Part shown: in pieces, positions 56,806-64,000 of the stretch
Layout of the letters: each line of letters opens with the position of its first letter
How positions within the stretch are numbered: position 1 is the stretch's first letter
Virus record (IMG/VR): IMGVR_UViG_3300044695_008209
Location: 118,778 to 182,777 of that record
Length of the DNA: 64,000 nucleotides
Direction: 5' to 3' (one strand)
Origin: a virus
Position numbers and translations under genes: made by a program
The notes under the pieces: model-generated
What the model saw: the letters and a program-made list of their open reading frames with translations, nothing else
Database searches by the model: none
What the model was told of the DNA's origin: nothing

Positions 56806-57846
56806 TCATCCCCACAGGTTCACCACGGTGATGTCGACGTTGAAGACGCTCTTCACGCGGCCGCGCAGGTCGCTCGTGTACTGGGCGTCGAACTTGCCCT
56901 CGAGCATCTTGAGCGCCATGGGGACCGACGCGAAGGAGAGGTAGTCCTCGACCACCTGCTCGAGGTCGCGGGTCGACAGGCCGTACCCGTACTTCCCGCC
57001 GCGGGTCTCCTTCGCCAGGGACTGGAGGCTCCCGATGAACTTCACCTCCTCGGCGGAGGGCTTGCTCGGGAACTTCGAGTAGAGGATGGCCTGCTCGGTC
57101 TTGTCCTCCATGAAGGGCACCTCGATGAACTTGAAGCGGGACCGGAAGTCCTCGTTCAGGTCGTAGGTGCCGCCGTACCCAGGGTTCATCGTGCCGACGA
57201 TCCAGAGTGTCGGCCGTGCGACGAGAACCTGCCCGGCCTTCACCTCGTCGCCCTCCTTCACCTGCACGAGGCTCTTCGCGACCTTCCAGTCGTGGGCCTC
57301 GCCGAGAGCGTCGACGACCAGGGTGGTCTGGTGCTCGTCGATCCCGTACATCTCGATGACCCTGCCGTCCCCGGGTGCCACCACGGCCTCCGCCAGGCGG
57401 TACACGGCGCCGACGTGCGGCAGGTCGACTTCGCGCCGGTAGTCGGCGATGGAGTTGACGGCCTTCTGGGCCTCCTCGTTCAGCGCGTTGATCTCCTCGA
57501 GCACCAGCACGCACCTGCCCGTCTGGTTGGCCACGTCGATGGCGGTCGCGAGGACGCCCAGAGTGAAGTAGCTCTCGTCGAAGCTCTTGAGGGTGAACGC
57601 GCCGAGCAGGTGGCGGTCCCCGGTGTCGGCGGTGCAGCTCTTGCGCAGGAAGGGCACCTTGCGCTCGAAGGCCCACTGCTCGATGTTCAGCGTCTTGCCC
57701 GCGCCCTTGGGGCCCTTCAGGATGAGGGGAGCCTTCCACGCGAGCTTGTCGAGGACGGCGAGGATGCCCGTCTTCTGGAAGCCGGGGAACGCCCGGGCGA
57801 CGAGCTGGTCGGTGGAGATGCGGCGGATGTCGGTGTTCTCGTACAT
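56806..57846 (-). CDS. MoxR/CobS-like AAA+ ATPase with an inserted barrel-sandwich-hybrid-like domain
   Basis: GPKGAGKT, LVLEEIN, VGTMNPGYGG, FRSRF, LSTR. Confidence 0.88.
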   Translation of the reverse strand: MYENTDIRRISTDQLVARAFPGFQKTGILAVLDKLAWKAPLILKGPKGAGKTLNIEQWAFERKVPFLRKSCTADTGDRHLLGAFTLKSFDESYFTLGVLATAIDVANQTGRCVLVLEEINALNEEAQKAVNSIADYRREVDLPHVGAVYRLAEAVVAPGDGRVIEMYGIDEHQTTLVVDALGEAHDWKVAKSLVQVKEGDEVKAGQVLVARPTLWIVGTMNPGYGGTYDLNEDFRSRFKFIEVPFMEDKTEQAILYSKFPSKPSAEEVKFIGSLQSLAKETRGGKYGYGLSTRDLEQVVEDYLSFASVPMALKMLEGKFDAQYTSDLRGRVKSVFNVDITVVNLWG

Positions 57847-57884
57847 GACGTAGGTAGATTCCGGGTAAATGGTTGGGGGTACAA

Positions 57885-57918
57885 CAGAAACGGCCCAGGG
57901 GGTACCTGGGCCGTTCTG
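57885..57918 (-). terminator. Hairpin downstream of the parB-like unit
   Basis: cagaaacggcccagg-gggta-cctgggccgttctg. Confidence 0.65.
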
Positions 57919-57939
57919 CCTACATGGGGGAGTGGACCG

Positions 57940-58095
57940 CTACGCGTCGGCAGGCCGAGCAAAGACGGGGAGGGTTCGGGCCACGGGGGTGTACCGGGGC
58001 CTGCCCTTGAAGTCGAAGGTCACGAGGAACAGGACGATGGCGCCCGTCAGCTCGCCGACTCCGAACACGATGTTGCTGTCTGCCCACGTGATCAT
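57940..58095 (-). CDS. Small single-pass membrane protein (51 aa; not in the ORF track)
   Basis: MITWADSNIVFGVGELTGAIVLFLVTFDFKGRPR...; starts 3 nt after the parB stop. Confidence 0.45.
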   Translation of the reverse strand: MITWADSNIVFGVGELTGAIVLFLVTFDFKGRPRYTPVARTLPVFARPADA

Positions 58096-58097
58096 GC

Positions 58098-58994
58098 CTA
58101 CTCCTCGTCGGGGTCTTCCGCTTCCGCCTGCTCGACACCGGGCGAGGACTGTACCTCACCTTCCTCCGGCTCGTACTGGATGGCCGTCTTGGCTTCGTCC
58201 TCCGAGCAGAGCCCGAGGATGTAGCGGATGCCCATCGCGACCCCGTGCGCATTGCGCTTCTTGGGGTTCGTGCTGGCCTTCTCGGCGTCCGCCAGCATGT
58301 TCATCAGGCGCTTCTTGCTCGGCTTCGAGACCTTGTCGGGGTTCCCCTCGACCTTGGCGTCCTCGAGCTTGATGAGCTTCTCCGCGCCGGCGCGGGCCTG
58401 CTTGACCCGCTTGTCCTGGTCCTCCTTGGACAGGTTCTTGGCCAGCTCGTAGGCCGCGCTGATGGAGATGAGCTTCTCGCGAAGCGCCTTCTTCAGCTCG
58501 TCGCTGCCCTTGCGGTGGATGGTCAGGCGGAGCGAGATCCACTGGCCGCTCCGGTGCATCTTCTTGGCGAGGAACTCCTGCGAGTGGCCCTCTTCCTCCA
58601 CCATCCGGAAGATCCACTCGCACTCGTCGACCGGGTCCACGTCGGCCCGCTCGATGTTCTCCACGCCGTTGAGGATCTTGGCGTCCTCCAGCGTGCCGCC
58701 GTACTGGGTGCAGCGCACCTCACCGTCGCCCCAGTCCGGGTCCAGGTTCGCGCGGATCCACTGGATGGCACGGAGGCGGCGGGACCCGCACACGAGCTCG
58801 ATGATGTCCGCCCCGTCCTCGGGGTCGGTCACCGACATGACGACGAGGGGGTTGAGCAGCCCGTCCGCGTAGATGCCCTCCGCGAACTCCTTGAGCGACT
58901 CCTCGTCGTACTGCGTGCGGATGTTCTTGACGTTGCGGCCGACCTTGATCTGCTCGATCGGCAGGTTGATCGTCTGATGCTCGATCTGGTACAT
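58098..58994 (-). CDS. parB: ParB/Spo0J-like DNA-binding protein
   Basis: NIRTQYDEESLKEFAEGI...GLLNPLVV...VCGSRRLRA; HTH SQEFLAKKMHRSGQWIS. Confidence 0.85.
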   Translation of the reverse strand: MYQIEHQTINLPIEQIKVGRNVKNIRTQYDEESLKEFAEGIYADGLLNPLVVMSVTDPEDGADIIELVCGSRRLRAIQWIRANLDPDWGDGEVRCTQYGGTLEDAKILNGVENIERADVDPVDECEWIFRMVEEEGHSQEFLAKKMHRSGQWISLRLTIHRKGSDELKKALREKLISISAAYELAKNLSKEDQDKRVKQARAGAEKLIKLEDAKVEGNPDKVSKPSKKRLMNMLADAEKASTNPKKRNAHGVAMGIRYILGLCSEDEAKTAIQYEPEEGEVQSSPGVEQAEAEDPDEE

Positions 58995-59035
58995 GAAGTT
59001 CCTGGGAGTTGAAGGTACGTTGGCGGGGACTAATC

Positions 59036-59063
59036 CCTATGCCACCGGCGGCGCCGACTTTTC
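59036..59063 (-). promoter_or_regulatory. Putative promoter variant GAAAAG-N16-CATAGG
   Basis: 42 nt upstream of the parB start. Confidence 0.4.
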
Positions 59064-59402
59064 GCGCATGATCCACTTCTCGTGGATCGTGAAGCTGTAG
59101 GTGAACACGCTGTCGCCGTCCGCGGCGTCGAAGACGACCAGCCACCCGGCGCTGCCCACCTGCACCACCACGTCTTCGCCGACGTGGTGGACGCTCCGGC
59201 GCAGGGCTGCTGCGAGCTCCCCCACCACGTCGGCAGGTGGACCATCGCGGAAGTCCTTCACGGGCCGGATGCTCGTGCACGACCTGCAGATACCAGAGCA
59301 CAGGTCTCGGAGGTGCCGCAGGTTCGGAGAGAAGGAGGGGAACTTCACGGGCGTACCTGCCCGGCCAGCAAAGGCCTCCCGCGCGTCGATGACTCCGCTC
59401 AT
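59037..59402 (-). CDS. Hypothetical protein (CSGICRSC motif)
   Basis: RBS ggag; ATGA-coupled. Confidence 0.5.
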   Translation of the reverse strand: MSGVIDAREAFAGRAGTPVKFPSFSPNLRHLRDLCSGICRSCTSIRPVKDFRDGPPADVVGELAAALRRSVHHVGEDVVVQVGSAGWLVVFDAADGDSVFTYSFTIHEKWIMREKSAPPVA

Positions 59403-59659
59403 GCTCTCTCCTTCCGGCGCTTCTGCCGGAGCTCCAGGTAGGTGAGGATCTCATCCTCGGTCCACGCGTCCAGGAGGGCGGTGGCCATGTCGTCGTCCGA
59501 CACCTGGTCCAGGATGACCGGATCCAGCGTCGTGACCTCCCGCACACCACGTGCAAGCAGGACGAAGGCGCCAGACCGCTGCAGGCTCAGCTGGGCGAGC
59601 TCACCGAGCTTCATCTTGAACTCGGCGGGGGAGTCGTGGCTGAAGTCGAGGTCGGGCAT
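59399..59659 (-). CDS. Hypothetical protein
   Basis: RBS aggag. Confidence 0.55.
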   Translation of the reverse strand: MPDLDFSHDSPAEFKMKLGELAQLSLQRSGAFVLLARGVREVTTLDPVILDQVSDDDMATALLDAWTEDEILTYLELRQKRRKERA

Positions 59660-59677
59660 TGCTGACTCCTACACCGC

Positions 59678-59710
59678 GTGTACTCACACCGTCAAGGAGT
59701 GTGAGTACAC
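59678..59710. promoter_or_regulatory. Perfect 12-bp inverted repeat (operator or terminator)
   Basis: gtgtactcacac-cgtcaagga-gtgtgagtacac. Confidence 0.6.
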
Positions 59711-59711
59711 T

Positions 59712-59993
59712 TTAGGACTTCGTCCGCCCCTTCAGGATGTGGATGTCCGGGTTCCAGGCACGTTCTGCGTCGTGCTTGTGGAGCTCTTGCAGGATCAGGG
59801 TGACGATGCCCGTGGCCAGCACCTGCAGGAGATCGGGGCGCGTGGTGCCGATGCTCACGAGGACGACGTTCTCGTTCGCCGAGGAGAACCCGACGGACAC
59901 GAACGAGACCCACGGCATCTCAAGAAGATCGGTTTCGATGGCCTCGCGGAGGCTTCGCAGAGACGAGGAGAGGACGGGGTGTTCGGTCGACAT
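59712..59993 (-). CDS. Hypothetical protein
   Basis: Coding-like ORF; start uncertain. Confidence 0.45.
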   Translation of the reverse strand: MSTEHPVLSSSLRSLREAIETDLLEMPWVSFVSVGFSSANENVVLVSIGTTRPDLLQVLATGIVTLILQELHKHDAERAWNPDIHILKGRTKS

Positions 59994-60333
59994 CGGCGGT
60001 CGGAGCCTCAACGGGTTCTTGAAGGAGTTCGGTCTTGTAGCTCTCCACGGACTGCCCGGGGCGCCAGCCCACCAGGCAGTCGCTCGTGAAGGTCCCCTGT
60101 TCGCGCACGATGTCGACGGTGCCGTCCGACCACTCCCCGATGACGATGTAGGTCGCGTCGTCTCCGGGGACGGATATCTTCTGGGCGAGCACCACGTCGC
60201 CCTGCACCATCTCCGCCTCGATCACCCCGAGCTCGTGCTCGATCGCGTCCAGGGCTGACTCCACGCGCATCTGCGCCAGCCGAGAGAGCCGCCGGTCTAC
60301 CGCCATCGAACGTAGGCGCGTGCGGAGAAGCAT
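59920..60333 (-). CDS. Hypothetical protein
   Basis: Coding-like ORF; start may be 60306. Confidence 0.45.
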   Translation of the reverse strand: MLLRTRLRSMAVDRRLSRLAQMRVESALDAIEHELGVIEAEMVQGDVVLAQKISVPGDDATYIVIGEWSDGTVDIVREQGTFTSDCLVGWRPGQSVESYKTELLQEPVEAPTADVDRTPRPLLVSAKPPRGHRNRSS

Positions 60334-60373
60334 TCTTGCTGTGTGCTAACACCTGCGCGAGATGTGCGCCGCA

Positions 60374-61870
60374 CTACCCGAGTTCGACTTCGAGGAAGTC
60401 CATCTGGACCTTGTTGTCCACGTGCTGGTTCGTCCACTGCGCGGTGACGCGGACCACCGCGGTCTGCGTGGTGTTGACGTTCGGGGAGGCGTCCTGCTTG
60501 GCGGTCAGGTTGAGGGAGCCCTGCCCAGCGCCCGTCTTCCAGAGCTGCCGGAAGACGCGGGTGGTGTCGACGCTGACGGAGAGCACGTGCCCGTCATAGT
60601 CCAGGACCCAGTTGTCCCCGTCGGCGACCGTGAGCGCCAGCGTCACAAGCGTGACCGGAGTGGCTGCGTTGAGGAAGAGCTGCAGGCGGATGGACAGGGG
60701 CTGACCGCCGGCGTTGGTGTCCACGACCGTACCGCCCGCGCGCACCCGCAGCCTCCGCCCAGGGAGGAAGGTGTTCGACGGCAGCACTCCGCTCGCCTTG
60801 TTGAACGCAGTCTCCGCAGAGGTGTTCTGCACCAGAGCCGAGACATCGTCGTTGACGTAGAGGGTGCCGCCCACCTTCACGCCCAGACCGGCCGTCACGC
60901 CCATCTTCGTGATGATGCTGCCGTCGACGTCGAGGTCCTTCAGCACCGCCACCTTGCCGACGCCGAGCGTGATGATCTCGGCGCCGTTCGTGGTGTTGAC
61001 GTCGATGTAGATGTTGCCGGCCTCCTTCACCTGCCAGGCACCCGCGGTGTTGTCCGCGACCGCGAAGGACGCAGTCAGGGCCGTGACTGCGTAGACACTC
61101 CCGACGACGTTGTAGGTGAAGCCGCCCGCGGTCTGCGTGTAGCCGCCGTTGGCGGTGATGAGCCCGGTGACCGTGAGGGCGCCACCAAGGGCCATCAGGC
61201 CGGTCCCGAGGAAGGTGTGCTTCGGGTTCGTGGTCGCGTTGCCGTACTTGACCTCCTCCGACGCGTTGGTGGTGATGATCTCGTAGTACTTGTTCGCCCC
61301 CTCCTGAATCGTGTAGGGGGTCGCGACGTTGTCCTTGATCGCGTAGCTGTACGAGGCCCCGACGTAGACGTGAGTCGCGTTCACCGACCCGTAGGTCAGC
61401 GTGCGCGTCCCGAGGGTGCCGTAGCTCATCGGCTGGTTGACGGCGTCGTTGCCGATGTTGATGGGCCCCGCGCTGGAGTTGATCTCGAGCGCGGCCGCGC
61501 TGTCGAGGGTCATCCCGCCAGTGCTGGTCGCCGACCACCCGCCGAGACCCGCGCGCATGGTGAGCTTCGCGGTCGTGACCGTCGAGGGGTCCGCCCCGAC
61601 GATAACCTCTTCAGCACCGTCCGTGGTCTTGAAGACCATGTACCGGTCGGTGCCCTGGATGACCGCCCACGCCTCCGCCGTGTTGTCGATGAGCGCCTTG
61701 TTGGCCTCGGGCACCGTCGTGAGCATGAAGGCCCGCTCGACGCCAGCGGAGTCCCGGGTGTAGGGATATCCGTCGTTCTTCCAGTACACCCGGTCGACGC
61801 TGGCGGCGGGGTTGGTAGGCGCAGCGCCGCGGCGGAAGTCGATGTGGTCGGTGGTGATCAGGCCGGACAT
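60374..61870 (-). CDS. Virion fibre/appendage-like protein
   Basis: Thr/Gly/Asn-rich beta repeats (e.g. WAVIQGTDRYMVFKTTDGAE, YTIQEGANKYYEIITTNASE, WQVKEAGNIYIDVNTTNGAE). Confidence 0.6.
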   Translation of the reverse strand: MSGLITTDHIDFRRGAAPTNPAASVDRVYWKNDGYPYTRDSAGVERAFMLTTVPEANKALIDNTAEAWAVIQGTDRYMVFKTTDGAEEVIVGADPSTVTTAKLTMRAGLGGWSATSTGGMTLDSAAALEINSSAGPINIGNDAVNQPMSYGTLGTRTLTYGSVNATHVYVGASYSYAIKDNVATPYTIQEGANKYYEIITTNASEEVKYGNATTNPKHTFLGTGLMALGGALTVTGLITANGGYTQTAGGFTYNVVGSVYAVTALTASFAVADNTAGAWQVKEAGNIYIDVNTTNGAEIITLGVGKVAVLKDLDVDGSIITKMGVTAGLGVKVGGTLYVNDDVSALVQNTSAETAFNKASGVLPSNTFLPGRRLRVRAGGTVVDTNAGGQPLSIRLQLFLNAATPVTLVTLALTVADGDNWVLDYDGHVLSVSVDTTRVFRQLWKTGAGQGSLNLTAKQDASPNVNTTQTAVVRVTAQWTNQHVDNKVQMDFLEVELG

Positions 61871-61912
61871 GGGACTCTCCGAGAAGTTGGCTGCGCGATG
61901 GTATCGCGCCGG

Positions 61913-62464
61913 TCAGGGGATGAGGTACAGGTCGCCCTGGACGTCGATGTGGCCGTCGACGGTGAAGGAGCGGAAGACGATGTGCTGCGTGCCGGAGGCG
62001 ATGACGTCGTCGACCTCGGCGGGGACGGTGTTCGGCCACCCGTAGACGGGGCCCGGAACGCGCCCGGACTGGATGATCAGGTCTCCCTGCACGTCGAGGG
62101 TTCCCTGCACGTCGAGGTCGCTGATGATGAGCTCGGTCTCGTCGGCGATCACGACGTCGTCGCCGACCTCGATCACCTGCTCCTGCGACCAGCGCAGTCG
62201 GTACAGGTCGGAGGGTGCGCCACCGGCTCCGTACCCGTGCCGGATCCACCGACCCGGACCTCCCGTCGGGATCACGATGTCGGGGAGGCTCTCGGCGAGC
62301 ACCGAGGTGTAGTCGTAGAAGTAGAGGCTGTTCTCGTCCTCGACGTAGATGCCCTGCTTGTCGTCGACGTCTGCGGTCGGAGCCAGACGGAGCTCGGCGA
62401 TGTCCTGTACCGGCTGCGCCAGCGTCTCGTTCGGGCCACGGTGGGTGATGATGCGCTGTCCCAT
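61913..62464 (-). CDS. Structural-like protein with a duplicated DVQGDL unit
   Basis: ATG overlaps the upstream TGA; acidic and beta-rich. Confidence 0.55.
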   Translation of the reverse strand: MGQRIITHRGPNETLAQPVQDIAELRLAPTADVDDKQGIYVEDENSLYFYDYTSVLAESLPDIVIPTGGPGRWIRHGYGAGGAPSDLYRLRWSQEQVIEVGDDVVIADETELIISDLDVQGTLDVQGDLIIQSGRVPGPVYGWPNTVPAEVDDVIASGTQHIVFRSFTVDGHIDVQGDLYLIP

Positions 62465-62835
62465 CAGACGGGCCGGGCCAGCGCGAGCCACGCGTCGAGG
62501 GTGGGCGACGTGCCACTGGGGGTGCCTTCCACAGCGAGGGCCACACGATCGGCGCCCTGGGCTTCGACGAGCACGCAGTCGGACCCGCTCACGACGATCT
62601 GGTTCCCCTTGTGCCACTTCCCGGACACCTCGAAGTACCAGTAGAGGCGGACCCGGAAGACCGGGGAGGTGCCGCCGGTGGAGAAGAGCACGTGGACGTA
62701 CTCGTTCTGCTGGAGGATGTGCCCGTGGCTGGAAGACGTCGGCACCGTCGTGGCGGCCGACACCCCAGCCAGGACACGACGCGCATCTGCCGTGTTCCCG
62801 GCCTGTGCGGTTGTGGTCTTGACTCGACGGGCCAT
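62464..62835 (-). CDS. Small beta-sandwich structural-like protein
   Basis: RBS aggag. Confidence 0.55.
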   Translation of the reverse strand: MARRVKTTTAQAGNTADARRVLAGVSAATTVPTSSSHGHILQQNEYVHVLFSTGGTSPVFRVRLYWYFEVSGKWHKGNQIVVSGSDCVLVEAQGADRVALAVEGTPSGTSPTLDAWLALARPV

Positions 62836-63165
62836 GGTGCTCCTACACGAGCGAGGGTGGTCGGGTCCATACTACCTCGCCTCGACCTCGGATGCCCGTG
62901 GTTCGGGGCTAACGGAACTCCTCCGCTCGGCAGGGGGGTGCGGAGGCGCCAATGCCCCCCTCGAGAACAGAGTTCTCGTGTCTGGAAGTTCCATGAAAAG
63001 GGGTGTTCAACATGAAGGCCCTTCCTTCATAGTCCAAACTCAAGAAGGGGGCTCTGCGGGTTCATTTAGGGCTAAGAGCCAGCCAGCACTTGAGCGAGAA
63101 TCTCGCCGTGAGATTCCTCGGATTTCCCCCGTCGTGGTAGGCTCTTGTGCTCAGGAGGTCCCCCC

Positions 63166-63408
63166 ATGAAGACCGAACACGTCAAGATCGGCCGGCTCGA
63201 CATCGGCATCCCCGTCTTTCAGCTTCTGGCCGCGATTCCTGGCGGTGTACGTGCCGCAGTCGCGTCCGGCGCTGACAACCACGACCCCGACAGCCCGGGC
63301 GGTGAGAAGGTCACGGCCGGTGAGGTTGCCGAGGATGTTGCTGCCTTCTTCAAGGCGTGGGGCGACGCCGCCCTGCCCGCCATCCTCAAGGCGAACAAGC
63401 TCGGGTAG
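63166..63408 (+). CDS. Small hypothetical protein (DPDSPGGEKVT..E motif)
   Basis: RBS caggagg. Confidence 0.55.
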   Translation: MKTEHVKIGRLDIGIPVFQLLAAIPGGVRAAVASGADNHDPDSPGGEKVTAGEVAEDVAAFFKAWGDAALPAILKANKLG

Positions 63409-63446
63409 CCTTGCGCTCGGCTCTCGACGCGAGATAGGACACGGGC

Positions 63447-63644
63447 ATGACCACCAAGAACATCCTCGCCATCCTCGGTGCCCTCATCGCCGGAGCCGCA
63501 GCCGCGGCCGGAGCCCTGCAGGCATCGGCGCCTGACCCCGTCGTCTGCCCTGTCTGCCCCGTCTACGTGGAAGCGCCCCCGGCGGTCATCGCGCCGACGC
63601 CCGAGATCGTCCCGGCCGATCCGGCGATCAGCGCTCCGATCTAA
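63447..63644 (+). CDS. Small secreted/membrane protein, Pro-rich
   Basis: Signal-peptide-like N-terminus MTTKNILAILGALIAGAAAAAG. Confidence 0.5.
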   Translation: MTTKNILAILGALIAGAAAAAGALQASAPDPVVCPVCPVYVEAPPAVIAPTPEIVPADPAISAPI

Positions 63645-63676
63645 GGGACGAGGCCGCGCACCTGCGCGGCCTCTCC

Positions 63677-64000
63677 TCAGTTGAACCAGGTGTTCGCCTC
63701 GACGATGGCACGGGCCACGTCGGGGCAAACGCTGTTTCCGATGCGCTCGATCTGGTCGGTCTTGGTCCCGAGCAGGATGTAGTCGTCGTAGAAGCCCTGG
63801 GCCCGCGCCAGCTCCCGCGGCTGCAGCATGCGCATCCCGATGTCGACCACGGCGTACTCCTCGTCGCCGAGCATCACGGTGACCAGCCCGAACCGGGCCT
63901 TGCTCACGATCGTGGCCATCGGCTCGTCCAGGCCCTGCCACTGCCCGCCGTTCGAGTAGTACTTCATGAGGAAGGCGGCCACCAAGCCGATGTGCCCGCC
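63677..64000 (-). CDS. DNA (cytosine-5) methyltransferase, C-terminal part (truncated by the window)
   Basis: Motifs IX/X: RMLQPRELARAQGF, QIERIGNSV. Confidence 0.85.
   Translation of the reverse strand, partial: GGHIGLVAAFLMKYYSNGGQWQGLDEPMATIVSKARFGLVTVMLGDEEYAVVDIGMRMLQPRELARAQGFYDDYILLGTKTDQIERIGNSVCPDVARAIVEANTWFN

Noticed and set aside
1-64000. CRISPR array, tRNA/rRNA genes, integrase or IS elements
   Set aside because: No regularly spaced repeats, cloverleaf signatures or recombinase/transposase motifs were found by eye.

Overview
This window is a 64-kb segment of a large, high-GC (roughly two-thirds GC, judged by eye) contractile-tailed dsDNA phage. No host genes, tRNA, CRISPR array or integrase were seen. 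The + strand carries late genes: baseplate spike, tail fibres, GpA-type terminase large subunit, assemblin-like prohead protease, scaffold-like proteins, HK97-type major capsid protein, neck proteins, a very large sheath and a tube. The - strand carries early/middle genes: RNase HII, macrodomain, Nudix, ThyX, MoxR AAA plus VWA, ParB-like protein and a partial C5 methyltransferase. Five exact CATAAG motifs and one CATAGG variant lie just upstream of - strand genes. The most striking signal is a Lys-x-Ala motif. It saturates head-module proteins (10 of 11 Lys in ORF 20025-20939) but is absent from the tail proteins counted (0 of 17 Lys in the spike, 0 of 3 in the tube), and it sits at residues 28-30 of the capsid protein. 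Several ORFs read as polyproteins whose modules are delimited by K-x-A. Four of them have a leader ending in F-x5-K-x-A. The modules include a Hanks-like protein kinase, a SNF2 helicase, an inorganic-pyrophosphatase-like domain, a GNAT, a Dps/ferritin-like domain and many Gly-zipper hydrophobic helices. I infer a protease-processed, head-packaged effector cargo system. Family assignments come from recognising motifs by eye; no searches were run.
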